A stretch of 64,000 nt of DNA from contig CAWGZR010000003.1 in NCBI GenBank assembly GCA_963827165.1, positions 32,001 to 96,000 of the forward strand, in the 5' to 3' direction. This stretch comes from Candidatus Bathyarchaeota archaeon (GTDB lineage Archaea; Thermoproteota; Bathyarchaeia; Bathyarchaeales; Bathycorpusculaceae). This document shows, piece after piece, positions 20,223 through 30,514 of this stretch (position 1 is the first letter of the stretch; each line of letters begins with the position of its first letter). The notes under the pieces are model-generated. The model saw nothing but the letters and a program-made list of their open reading frames with translations, was not told the DNA's origin and did not search any database. Position numbers and translations under genes: made by a program.

Positions 20223-22758
20223 CGAGGAGACTATCATGACTGTACCCAGCAATTATCTGTTACCTACCTTGCCGAAAGGACTCGAAGGACTCGTTGAGTT
20301 AGCCCTCGATCTTCGTTGGTCATGGAATCACGCCGCTGATAAGCTATGGCAATATGTTGATCCAGAGTTATGGAGTATGACCTCTAACCCGTGGCTCATG
20401 CTTCAAACAGTTAAAACGGATCGCCTTAAAGCGCTGTCGACCGATTCCACTTTCCGGGGACTGATGGATAAACTTGTGGAAGAACATCGCGAGGCGATAG
20501 GAGAGAAGGCTTGGTTTCAACAGACCCATTCTCAATCGACACTAAAAGTAGCCTATTTCAGCATGGAGTATGGACTTGGTGAAGCTCTGCCGATTTACTC
20601 GGGCGGTCTCGGGATTCTAGCTGGCGATTATCTTAAGACTGCCAGTGATCTGGGCGTTCCAGTAATTGGAGTTGGTCTTCTCTATCAGCAGGGCTATTTC
20701 CGTCAAGCAGTAGATGCCCATGGTGACCAGACCGAGTTTTACCCCTACAACGACCCCGGCCAGCTTCCAGTCATGCCAGTACGCGACCAGAATGGACAGT
20801 GGCTCCGGATAAAGATAGATTTTCCCGGTGGCGCCTTATGGTTGCGTGCCTGGGAAGCCATAGTGGGACGGGTGAAGCTTTACCTCCTGGACAGTAATGA
20901 TCCTATCAACAGTCCTACTGACCGTGGGATTACCAGCGAACTCTACGGGGGAGGACCAGAACTGCGCCTGCAACAAGAGATTGTGCTGGGAATCGGAGGC
21001 TGGCGACTGCTCAATGCAGTTGGTATTCAACCTGAAGTATGTCACCTCAATGAGGGACATGCGGCATTAGCTGTGGTCGAGCGGGCACGCAGCTTTATGT
21101 TGAGTGAACATCAGCCTTTCAAGGTGGCTTTGGCCGCAACTCGTGCGGGCAACATCTTTACCACGCATACACCTGTTGAGGCGGGTTTCGATCGATTCGC
21201 ACCAGAACTAGTTAGCCGTTATCTGGCAGATTATGCGGATCAACTGGGTATTGGATTGGGCGGTCTTCTAGCTTTAGGCCGCCAGGATCCTGCGAACTCA
21301 CAGGAACCACTCAACATGGCCTTTCTGGCCATGCGGGGTTCAGGAGTGGTCAACGGTGTCAGTCGTCTTCATGGAGAGGTAAGCCGACAAATTTTCCAAC
21401 CATTATTCCCTCGCTGGTCCAAGGGCGAGGTACCAATCACCCACGTTACCAACGGTGTTCACATGCCGTCATGGGACTCTGCACCGGCTGATACGACTTG
21501 GACTAATGCCTGCGGGAAAGAGCGTTGGCTAAATACCATGGATACGATTAAAGACGATTTGAAGAAGATAACCGATGAGTCGTTGTGGCAACTACGTAGG
21601 GAAGAAGCAGAGCAACTGATCCATTACGTGCGTGCACGTCTTGGTCGTCAGCTAGCGAGAGCAGGTGCCTCGGTGCAACTCATAAAGCAGTCCAACCAAA
21701 TACTGGACCCTGACGTTCTCACAATGGGTTTTGCCCGGCGTTTCACTGCATACAAAAGGCCAAATCTTTTGCTCCATGATCCCGATCGGCTAAGCAAGAT
21801 ACTGAACCACCCTCATCGGACTGTTCAACTCGTTATTGCCGGTAAAGCCCATCCTCACGATGAAGAAGGCAAAGCCCTGGTGCGCGCTTGGTGGGAGTAT
21901 TCGCTTCGTTCCGATGTGCAAAACAAGGTAGTCTTCCTCTCTGACTACGATATGGCTCTGGCTGAGCAGTTGGTACAAGGCGTGGACCTTTGGATAAACA
22001 CACCCCGCCGCCCCTGGGAGGCTTGCGGTACCAGCGGGATGAAGGTTTTGGTAAACGGTGGCTTGAACTTATCGGAGCTGGATGGGTGGTGGGCAGAAGC
22101 TTACCGGACCGAGGTTGGCTGGTCCATAGGCGATGGGCAGGAGCATGGTGATGACCCTAACTGGGATGCACAAGAGGCGGCTGATACTTACCGTCTCCTC
22201 GAGGAGGAGATTATTCCGTGTTTCTATGAACGTGATGGCCGAGGCATCCCTACCGCCTGGATAGCACGTATACGAACGAGTATGGCTGAGCTCACCCCGC
22301 AATTCAGTTCGAACCGAATGCTGCGAGAGTATGTTGATAGATTATACCTCGAGGCTGCCCAGAGTTATCATAAACGCTCTGCCGACGGAGCAAATGAGTC
22401 AGTGCGATTATGCAACTGGCGAGAGTTACTGGAGACATATTGGCAGAAATTATACTTCGGAAGGCTGGATGTGCACAAGGAAGGTGACAAATATATTATG
22501 ACGTTAAAAGTGTATCTTGATAAGCTTGATCCGAAGGCAGTGCAGGTTCAGCTATTCGCTGAGCCTCAGGGTAATGGACAATCCGAAATTCATGTCATGG
22601 AGGTAGCTGAGGCTGCTGGAACAGAGAATGGCATTCTCTATCGTGCCAGTATCCCAGCCCTTCGGCCAGCAGAACACTATACGCCACGCATCATTCCTTA
22701 TTTTGATGGGGCTGCGGTGCCTCTGGAAGCCAGACAAATATTATGGTATGAATCATAG
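20206..22758 (+). CDS. glgP: Alpha-glucan (glycogen) phosphorylase
   Basis: AYFSMEYG, YSGGLGILAGD, HLNEGH, FARRFTAYKR, EACGTSGMK (PLP Lys); likely ATG start at 20236. Confidence 0.96.
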   Translation: MVGINSEETIMTVPSNYLLPTLPKGLEGLVELALDLRWSWNHAADKLWQYVDPELWSMTSNPWLMLQTVKTDRLKALSTDSTFRGLMDKLVEEHREAIGEKAWFQQTHSQSTLKVAYFSMEYGLGEALPIYSGGLGILAGDYLKTASDLGVPVIGVGLLYQQGYFRQAVDAHGDQTEFYPYNDPGQLPVMPVRDQNGQWLRIKIDFPGGALWLRAWEAIVGRVKLYLLDSNDPINSPTDRGITSELYGGGPELRLQQEIVLGIGGWRLLNAVGIQPEVCHLNEGHAALAVVERARSFMLSEHQPFKVALAATRAGNIFTTHTPVEAGFDRFAPELVSRYLADYADQLGIGLGGLLALGRQDPANSQEPLNMAFLAMRGSGVVNGVSRLHGEVSRQIFQPLFPRWSKGEVPITHVTNGVHMPSWDSAPADTTWTNACGKERWLNTMDTIKDDLKKITDESLWQLRREEAEQLIHYVRARLGRQLARAGASVQLIKQSNQILDPDVLTMGFARRFTAYKRPNLLLHDPDRLSKILNHPHRTVQLVIAGKAHPHDEEGKALVRAWWEYSLRSDVQNKVVFLSDYDMALAEQLVQGVDLWINTPRRPWEACGTSGMKVLVNGGLNLSELDGWWAEAYRTEVGWSIGDGQEHGDDPNWDAQEAADTYRLLEEEIIPCFYERDGRGIPTAWIARIRTSMAELTPQFSSNRMLREYVDRLYLEAAQSYHKRSADGANESVRLCNWRELLETYWQKLYFGRLDVHKEGDKYIMTLKVYLDKLDPKAVQVQLFAEPQGNGQSEIHVMEVAEAAGTENGILYRASIPALRPAEHYTPRIIPYFDGAAVPLEARQILWYES

Positions 22759-22890
22759 TTGGCCACACTTCGACAACAGTATCTGGAAGATAATAGGACT
22801 CACCTGTTAAGCTTGGACGTTACACAAAATACGAGACTTCGCTTCTTAAAATAAACTTTTCAATTTCGGGACAAACTAGCGCGCTTAATC

Positions 22891-23493
22891 TTAGCTTGGA
22901 ATTTTAGTTATAACGCCAATGGGCATCACGGTTTTGTTATAGACTTCGTTTAGCACTTCAGCAATGCCTAGATAGATTGCGCTTGATCCGCAGATTATGC
23001 CTTCGTAGCCAGCGAGTTCATCTATCTTAAAATTTCCAAGTAATGCTGTGTTTCCCGTCAGGTCTCTTGCCGCGAGGAGGAAGAACAGCACGGTCACGCT
23101 TATGAAGACGAATTGCAGTGCTCGGTTGGCTTTGAGTGTCCCAAAGAACATTGCAAAACTGAAGATGCCCCACATAATGAAGTACGCTCCTATGGCGGTT
23201 CCCGTGGGGGTTTTGATTCCTGTGAAGACTGCTGTATTGGGTAGCACAATGAGTATCACGAGGGACAGCCAGAAGAGCCCATAAGAGGTGAACGTTGTAG
23301 TTCCGAAGGTGTTGCCGCGTCTGTACTCCATTATGCCTACTATTACTTGGGCGATTCCGCCATAGACTAAGCCCATGGCAAGAATCATGGAGTCCAGGGG
23401 GAAAAGGCCAATGTTAACTAGATTCAACAAAACCGTAGTAAGTCCGAACCCCAACAATCCAAGTGGCGCTGCATTAGCTAATTTCTCTGACAT
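22891..23493 (-). CDS. satP: GPR1/FUN34/YaaH (SatP) family short-chain carboxylate transporter
   Basis: ANAAPLGL, YGGIAQ, GNTFG, SYGLFW; six TM segments. Confidence 0.9.
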   Translation of the reverse strand: MSEKLANAAPLGLLGFGLTTVLLNLVNIGLFPLDSMILAMGLVYGGIAQVIVGIMEYRRGNTFGTTTFTSYGLFWLSLVILIVLPNTAVFTGIKTPTGTAIGAYFIMWGIFSFAMFFGTLKANRALQFVFISVTVLFFLLAARDLTGNTALLGNFKIDELAGYEGIICGSSAIYLGIAEVLNEVYNKTVMPIGVITKIPS

Positions 23494-23690
23494 GTCTTAT
23501 GTCCTCTTTCTTTGTCGCTAAATTCTTATGATAAGAAAAACAGATTGCTATTGTTTTCATGATTCTTGCAGACACCATTCATTCGAAATTGCCATTTAAC
23601 ATCGATAAGCGTTTCTCAAGTTTGCGCTTAAAAATATTGCTTCAATAGTTAAAGTCACAACCTACAACCTTAACATAATGGCTAAACTAA

Positions 23691-24970
23691 CTGAGTGTTT
23701 GCGTTTTATCGTTGTTTCGTGTCCAAAGCTTATCTTTCCATTGAAAGATACATGACTGCATGTTCGGATTCATAGCGGGTATACCGCGCAGATTGAAGCA
23801 TCTTTTTTCAAAGTTTAAACCATTCTTCACCAAACCTCAATACGAGAACTTCTGCAGAACAGAGCTGGGCCTCATGGTCGCCGGCAAAAGTGAGCATGAC
23901 GTCAAAAGCATAAACGAGTTGTTCATCGACAGAAAAGATCAGAGTAGCCTAAACCGCTTTGTCACTGAATCAAAATGGGACGTCCAAGCGGTAGTCAAGG
24001 AAGGAAGAGACCTGCTTTTGAATGAAGCAGAGCTAAACTCAGCCCTCGAGTACAAAGTGATTGATGATTCGGTCTGCAGAAAGTACAGCATACACACCGA
24101 GATGGCATGCTACAACCATTCCTCAACGATGGGAACGGTGCTAAGCCATGACTATGTGACCTCGCTTTACGTTAACAATGAAGTCGCCCTCTCTGACGGC
24201 CTCAAACTCTATGGAAACGAGAGAAAATGCGAAGAGAAAAACGTTGAGTTCAAGACCAAAGTCCAGCTTGCATGCGAACTAATCCGAGACCATGTTTCCA
24301 GAGCTAAACAGACCATTTGCATGTGGGATTCCTGGTTTATGTGCCAAGACACCGTTGCTCAATGTCGGGCTCAGGGGTACAACTGGATAGGCGAGATCAA
24401 AAGCAACAGAATCGTGTTCTATTTGGGAAAGCGTTCCGTCTAGACGAGCTCTTTGATGGGTTATGCTGTGAGGGAGCTTTCTTTGACGTTGTTGTGAACG
24501 GTGAGGTCTATGCGGCGTCAAGAGCTGAAGTGTTCATGCCTAAGGTAGGCAAGGTGTCAATAGTGATGAATGCGAAGGCAGGCACTAAGGATGTTCATTT
24601 TCTCTGCGCTGACTTGACTGATTTTAGCCTATACGAGATAGTTGCGCATGCGTTGGAGAGGCATAGGATAGAAGATTTCTATAAGGAGGCTAAGGCTTTA
24701 GGTTTGGGTGAGTACAGGTTCAGGGAGAGCGAAGCGGCGCTTATACACGCGCACCTAGTCTCTCTGGCTTGTACTCTCCTTGACGTTTTGAGGCGTAGAC
24801 TCGTGAGGTATTCTATCATGAGGCGCCTGCTCTCCTTTGAGGCTACTGTTGAATGGCTACGCAGAAAAGCCATGCACTTTTTCATGCACAAACTGCGAAA
24901 CACAAACCTATCAACTAGAAGCCTACTAAAGCTCATAGACACAAGGTAACATGAAAACGCAAACAATCAG
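23691..24970 (+). mobile_element. IS701-family insertion sequence (1280 bp)
   Basis: TIRs CTGAGTGTTTGCGTTTT (23691-23707) and AAAACGCAAACAATCAG (24954-24970), 16/17 match; 4-bp CTAA direct repeat on both sides. Confidence 0.88.
23760..24949 (+). CDS. IS701-family DDE transposase split over two frames (-1 shift near 24430)
   Basis: VIDDS, WDSWF, IKSNR in frame 1; RHRIEDFYKEAK..LGL in frame 2. Confidence 0.8.
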
Positions 24971-25216
24971 CTAAATTAGAGACAGAGCCATTTAAAAAGA
25001 AAAAACAAATAAAGAACTTCAAAGGCGAATATGCGCTAGTTTTTCCTTCGATTCTGAAACTTTTTCAATATTCTCTTTTTAGGAAGCTTCGGTCTTTCCA
25101 CACGTTCCTCATCAGTAGTTTCCAAAAATAACTCACCGACCTAACAGTGCAGTATGTTCTTTTTATGCATTACTACCAGTGATACACGTATTCTCAAATA
25201 AGCGAGTTATGGTGAG

Positions 25217-25324
25217 ATGAGGATAAGAGTGACGGTAAATGGATTTGACAGATTTAGGCGCCTCTCGTGCCGAGTAACTACAAAAAGAAAAGCCTGGTTT
25301 CTGAGCATGACCCAAAACGCTTAA
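25217..25324 (+). pseudogene. Eroded 5' stub of a type I GAPDH gene upstream of pgk
   Basis: GGTGAG SD + MRIRVTVNGFDRFRRLSCRVTTKRKA aligns with [26 protein letters not shown] of 15546. Confidence 0.6.
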
Positions 25325-25355
25325 GACTCAATTTTCCTTTAATTACCATGAAGAT

Positions 25356-26591
25356 GTGAGAATGGCGAAGTTTCTAACTTTAGACGATGTGGAAGTTAAG
25401 AACAAAGTAGTACTTGTTAGAGTTGACTTCAACTCGCCCATAGACCCCGAAACCAAGAAAATTCTAGACGACTCGAGAATTCGAGCGCATGGAGAATCAA
25501 CAATAAAAGAGCTATCTGAAAAAGGGGCAAAAGTTGTTATTTTGGCGCATCAAGGACGCAAGGGTGATTCAGATTTTATACCCTTAAAACAACACGCTGA
25601 AATCCTTGCTAAGGTTCTGGGCAAACCAGTCAAATACATAGATGACCTTTACGGAGAAAAAGCAAAAGCGGCCATCAAAGAATTGAAGAGCGGAGAAGTC
25701 CTCGTTTTAGAAAATGTTAGAATGTTCGATGCGGAAACTGAAGAAGGAACGCCTGAAGAACAAGCAAAAAAACCCCTGGTTGTTAATCTTGCCCCGCTAG
25801 CCGACTTGTTTGTAAACGACGCCTTTTCGGCAGCCCACAGAGCACACGTATCAATCATAGGCTTCACAGCCGTGTTACCAAGTGTTGCAGGGCGCGTAAT
25901 GGAAAGAGAGCTTAAGTCCTTGAGAAAGATTTTGGAAAAACCAGAGAAGCCATGCTTATTTATTTTGGGCGGAGCAAAAGCAGATGACTCCCTTGAAATT
26001 TCAAGCTACGTATTAAACAACACAATAGCAGATTTTGTACTCACAGGCGGAGTTGTTGGCCACGTTTTCCTAGTGGCGATGGGCTTTGACCTGGGCAAAC
26101 AGAACATGTCTTTCTTAGAGAACAAAAATTTCACGGACATAGTATCAGGCATAAAAGAACTTATGCACAAGTATCCAGATAAAATCAAAACCCCAAAAGA
26201 TTTGGCCGTAGAAGTCAATGGAAAAAGAAAAGAGATTTCTGTTCATGAACTCCCAACAGATTTTCCAATATTTGATATTGGAAAAGAAACGGTTGAGGAT
26301 TATGCCAAGATAATTAGGGTTGCGAAGTCAATTGTGGTCAGTGGACCAATGGGCGTTTTTGAAAATAGCGAATTTATCTTCGGAACGAAAAGAATTTTTG
26401 AAGAAATCGCGAATTCGAAAGCCTTCTCCATTGCAGGTGGTGGCCACACAACTGCAGCATTACATGAGCTCAAGATAGCAGACAAGATTTCCTATGTTAG
26501 CACTGCTGGCGGCGCGTTAACAGAGTTTCTGATGGGCAAACAGTTGCCAGGTGTTACAGCACTAGAGAAGGCAGCTGCCAGAGAAACTTAG
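25356..26591 (+). CDS. pgk: Phosphoglycerate kinase (archaeal-type)
   Basis: VRVDFNSP, LAHQGR, LENVR, DAFSAAHR, LGGAK, GPMGVFE, STAGGA; likely ATG start at 25362. Confidence 0.97.
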   Translation: MRMAKFLTLDDVEVKNKVVLVRVDFNSPIDPETKKILDDSRIRAHGESTIKELSEKGAKVVILAHQGRKGDSDFIPLKQHAEILAKVLGKPVKYIDDLYGEKAKAAIKELKSGEVLVLENVRMFDAETEEGTPEEQAKKPLVVNLAPLADLFVNDAFSAAHRAHVSIIGFTAVLPSVAGRVMERELKSLRKILEKPEKPCLFILGGAKADDSLEISSYVLNNTIADFVLTGGVVGHVFLVAMGFDLGKQNMSFLENKNFTDIVSGIKELMHKYPDKIKTPKDLAVEVNGKRKEISVHELPTDFPIFDIGKETVEDYAKIIRVAKSIVVSGPMGVFENSEFIFGTKRIFEEIANSKAFSIAGGGHTTAALHELKIADKISYVSTAGGALTEFLMGKQLPGVTALEKAAARET

Positions 26592-26621
26592 CAAACAATT
26601 TTCCTTTTCTTTTCTGATTAC

Positions 26622-27557
26622 TCAATTGGCATTATTTTTCAAAAGTTTCTCTTTATCTGCGAACTCTGCCATTAAGATCTTGATTCGTTCGGTTATTTCT
26701 AAAGCATTTTTGAAGGGTCGCTGCCAAAGGTTTCTTCCAAATACTAATCCAGTTGCTCCTGCACCTAAAGAGATTCTGACCTTTTCTAAGAGTTCATCAT
26801 CTCCCATTTCTTCTCCCCCAGATATTAGCGCCATCGTTTTTCCTGCTGACCCAATTACTTTTTCAAGGGCTTCTTTTGTGTTAAGCTGGAGCGCGTCATA
26901 CGGTTTAGGATACAGTCGACTTCGCTCTTTATCATATTTGGGAACGTTCATTTTAACCATATCAGCGCCCAGTTCGTTGGCTACTCGTGCAGCATAGTCA
27001 ACAGCGTAAAGGCTATCCCTACCGCCCTTAGCTTCAATCGCCTCACCCCTTGGATAAGCCCAAACAATAAGAGGCATACCAAACCTTTGGCTATCCTCCC
27101 TAATTTTGGCGAATTGAATGAAATCCTTATCTTGGGCAGGCGAGCCCACAAACAAGGTATATCCAACAGCGTCAGCGCCAAGACGAACTGCATCCTCTAC
27201 GGAAGCGGTTTGAGGTGAAAAGGCACAAGTATCTGGAGGGATCGATGTTTTTCCATTCAGTTTAAGAATCAAGGGAATTTCACCAGTGAACTCCTTCATG
27301 TATTTTTCAGCCAGGCCAATGTGAAGGACTATGGCTGAAAAACCGCCCTCTTTTGCCAATTTCAACTGGTAGGCAGGATCAACGCTTTCTGGATTTGCAA
27401 AGAAATCTCTCGGGCCATGCTCCAATCCATGATCAATTGGAAGAATAAGCGCCATTCCGTTACCCACTCCATGCTCATACAAGATTCGATGAAGCCTAGT
27501 CCTCTTACCGAGATTAAGGTTCAAATCTTTAAGCAAAGGTCTCTTAACTTGAATCAT
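26622..27557 (-). CDS. Class I fructose-bisphosphate aldolase (DhnA/FbaB type)
   Basis: DHGLEHGP, KLNGKT, AYPRG, GADMVK (Schiff-base Lys), SGG, FGRN. Confidence 0.9.
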   Translation of the reverse strand: MIQVKRPLLKDLNLNLGKRTRLHRILYEHGVGNGMALILPIDHGLEHGPRDFFANPESVDPAYQLKLAKEGGFSAIVLHIGLAEKYMKEFTGEIPLILKLNGKTSIPPDTCAFSPQTASVEDAVRLGADAVGYTLFVGSPAQDKDFIQFAKIREDSQRFGMPLIVWAYPRGEAIEAKGGRDSLYAVDYAARVANELGADMVKMNVPKYDKERSRLYPKPYDALQLNTKEALEKVIGSAGKTMALISGGEEMGDDELLEKVRISLGAGATGLVFGRNLWQRPFKNALEITERIKILMAEFADKEKLLKNNAN

Positions 27558-27774
27558 TGTCCAAAACCAGCTATACTGAATAGGTCTTTACGTTATAAGT
27601 TTAACCTGCTAGCCTCATAAATCGAACTGGTACGAGAACATGCTCTAAATAAACCTTAATATCAAAATCGAATTTTAAATTCCAGACCGAAGAGATACTC
27701 TCAGATCCGCTAGCATAAGCGAGGTGTCAAAGGATAAAAGTGGCAAAATCACATTATCTTGATGAAGCGAGATC

Positions 27775-29040
27775 ATGTCCAGGATAAATAAGATCAGGGC
27801 AAGGGAAATCCTTGATTCGAGAGGCAACCCAACCGTTGAAGCTGACGTATTCACAAAAGGAGGGCTGTCAAGGGCTTCTGTTCCTTCTGGTGCAAGCACA
27901 GGCAAGCACGAGGCTTTGGAACTCAGAGACGGCGGAAGGCGTTACTTGGGACAGGGAGTTCTGAAAGCTGTTAGCAATGTAAACAATATCATAGCAGAGA
28001 AGCTTGTAGGACAGGATTGTACTAAACAGAAAGAGGTCGACGAGTTGATGATAGATTTGGATGGAACGCCTAACAAGTCCAACTTGGGGGCCAATGCTAT
28101 TCTCGCGGTCAGCATGGCAGTATGCAAAGCGGGAGCATTGGAGTCAAACTTGCCGCTTTATGAATATGTCGCTGAGCTTGTTGATTCAAGAGGTGTGACT
28201 TTACCCATCCCACAGATGAACGTGATCAACGGTGGAGTGCACGCTGGTATAGCCAATGATTTTCAAGAGCACATGATAATCCCTTTTGGAGCTAAAACTT
28301 ACTCTGACGCGCTAAGAATGTGCTCGGAAACTTACCATACTTTAAAGAAAAACCTGAAAGAAAAATTTGGCAGCTCCGCGATACTGGTCGGGGATGAAGG
28401 CGGCTTTGTTCCTCCCTTGAAAAGCGTTGATGAAAGGCTCAAATTCATATCAGAAGCGATAGAAGAACTTGGCTACACAAAAGAGTTCGGTCTAGCGATA
28501 GATGCTGCATCATCTGAATTCTATAGTAAGGGGCGTTATAGCATCATGGAGAAAGATTACTCTTCTGCTGAATTAACGGATTTCTACTCGGACCTGTGTG
28601 AAAAATTCAGGATAATTTCAATCGAAGATGGCTTGAGTGAAGATGATTGGGATGGCTGGATTAAGTTGAAATCTGAGTTGAGGGAAAAAATTCAGATTGT
28701 TGGAGACGATCTTCTGGTTACGAATGTCGAGAGAATTAAGAAAGCAATCAAATTAGATGCTTGCAACGCTTTGCTGCTGAAACTTAATCAGATCGGGACC
28801 GTTACCGAAGCCTTAGCTGCTTTTAGGTCAGCCAGAGACGCTGGGTGGAACGTTATCGTTTCTCACAGATCAGGAAGTACGGAAGAAACTTTCTTTGCGG
28901 ATTTGGTTGTTGGCTTAGATGCGGGGCAATTCAAGTATGGCGCTCCCGCAAGAAGCGAGAGAACTTGTAACTATAATCAACTGCTCAGGATTGAAGAAGA
29001 ATTAGGCGGAAAGGCGAAGTACTCAAAGATTTTTGGGTAA
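27775..29040 (+). CDS. eno: Enolase
   Basis: DSRGNPTVE, PSGASTG, GDEGG, VGDDL, LLKLNQIG, SHRS, RSER. Confidence 0.97.
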   Translation: MSRINKIRAREILDSRGNPTVEADVFTKGGLSRASVPSGASTGKHEALELRDGGRRYLGQGVLKAVSNVNNIIAEKLVGQDCTKQKEVDELMIDLDGTPNKSNLGANAILAVSMAVCKAGALESNLPLYEYVAELVDSRGVTLPIPQMNVINGGVHAGIANDFQEHMIIPFGAKTYSDALRMCSETYHTLKKNLKEKFGSSAILVGDEGGFVPPLKSVDERLKFISEAIEELGYTKEFGLAIDAASSEFYSKGRYSIMEKDYSSAELTDFYSDLCEKFRIISIEDGLSEDDWDGWIKLKSELREKIQIVGDDLLVTNVERIKKAIKLDACNALLLKLNQIGTVTEALAAFRSARDAGWNVIVSHRSGSTEETFFADLVVGLDAGQFKYGAPARSERTCNYNQLLRIEEELGGKAKYSKIFG

Positions 29041-30430
29041 ACAAGGTTTTGGAGATGACTTCTGGGTGAAGGATATAGAATTTTCTTTTGAAGATGCAAT
29101 TGTCCCTCAACATGTGATTAGCGAAACAGCAGAACGATTGAGACCTGAGATTAAAAATATGGCAACTGCTATTTCTGAAGGTTACGAAAGTGATCTGGCT
29201 TCGCTATTCCTGCCTGATGACAGACTCATATTGGGCAAAGTTAGACAAGTTATAGGCGAGAATCTGCAACTGAAGCCGGTTTACCTCATTGTCATTGGTA
29301 TTGGCGGCAGCAATCTAGGAACGATAGGTGTTCAGGAAGCTGTTCTTGGAAAGATGTACAATCAATTGACGGCGGCTCCAAAGGTGTTATATGCCGACAC
29401 AGTTGACTCGGACAACATTGACAACATAATCACTCTTGTCAAGCCTGTTTTAGAAAGAGGAGACAACATCGTACTGAATGTGATAAGTAAGTCTGGAGCT
29501 ACTACGGAAACGATAGCTAACGCTGAGGTGCTTATAGATTTATTAAGAAGGCACAAGAAAGATTACAAAAATTGCATTACTGTTACTTCAGATAAAGACT
29601 CAGAACTATGGAACATTGCAGTCAAAGAAGGAATCAAGGTTTTAGAAATACCAAAGAAAGTTGGTGGAAGGTACTCTGTTTTTTCGCCTGTAGGTCTGTT
29701 TCCTCTTGGATTGTTGGGAATAGATATCGAGCGGTTATTGGATGGAGCAAAATGCATGAAAGCCGCCTGTATCGAAACAAATATTGAAAAAAACCCTGCA
29801 GCGATAAGCGCAGCTATCCAGTACTTACATTATGAGAGCGGTAAGAACATTTCTGACTTGTTTCTATTCGCGAATGACTTAGAGTCTTTGGGCAAATGGT
29901 GCAGGCAATTAATGGCTGAAAGCTTGGGCAAAGAATTCAACAGGAAGGCGGAAAAAGTGAACATAGGCATAACTCCAGACATTTCAATTGGCTCAACTGA
30001 TTTGCATTCAATGGCGCAGCTTTATCTGGGAGGGCCATATGACAAATTTACGACGTTTCTAAGCGTCGAAAATAGTAATTCCCACATAAATGTGCCAACG
30101 CTAAAAGAGTACTCTAAACTTGTCGATGGAATTCAAGGTAAGAGTTTGGAAAGTATAATGAGCGCAATAATAGACGGGACAAAGGCCGCTTTCAGGAAAG
30201 GTAAACGCCCATTTGTGGAGATAAAGCTACCGTGCATATCGGAATATTCCGTAGGACAGTTTCTGCAGTTCAAGATGATAGAGACGATCTATTTGGGATA
30301 TCTGTTAGGCGTAAATCCTTTTGATCAGCCAAACGTTGAAAGCTACAAGGAGGAAACCCGAAAAATATTGCAGGAAAATGACACTAACTTTGGTAAAACA
30401 TTTCATGATTTAAGTCCTGAGAATACTTGA
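29033..30430 (+). CDS. pgi: Glucose-6-phosphate isomerase (bacterial/eukaryotic PGI superfamily)
   Basis: GIGGSNLG, SKSGATTET, VGGRYS, QLMAESLGK, DLHS, NPFDQPNVE; the true start may be GTG 29066. Confidence 0.92.
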   Translation: MGKQGFGDDFWVKDIEFSFEDAIVPQHVISETAERLRPEIKNMATAISEGYESDLASLFLPDDRLILGKVRQVIGENLQLKPVYLIVIGIGGSNLGTIGVQEAVLGKMYNQLTAAPKVLYADTVDSDNIDNIITLVKPVLERGDNIVLNVISKSGATTETIANAEVLIDLLRRHKKDYKNCITVTSDKDSELWNIAVKEGIKVLEIPKKVGGRYSVFSPVGLFPLGLLGIDIERLLDGAKCMKAACIETNIEKNPAAISAAIQYLHYESGKNISDLFLFANDLESLGKWCRQLMAESLGKEFNRKAEKVNIGITPDISIGSTDLHSMAQLYLGGPYDKFTTFLSVENSNSHINVPTLKEYSKLVDGIQGKSLESIMSAIIDGTKAAFRKGKRPFVEIKLPCISEYSVGQFLQFKMIETIYLGYLLGVNPFDQPNVESYKEETRKILQENDTNFGKTFHDLSPENT

Positions 30431-30514
30431 ATAGCATCTATCAAAACAAACGTCAAAATGAAAATTTCTGGTGTCGCATTTCCAGTTCCTTATTCTGAAA
30501 CTGCTATCACTGAT

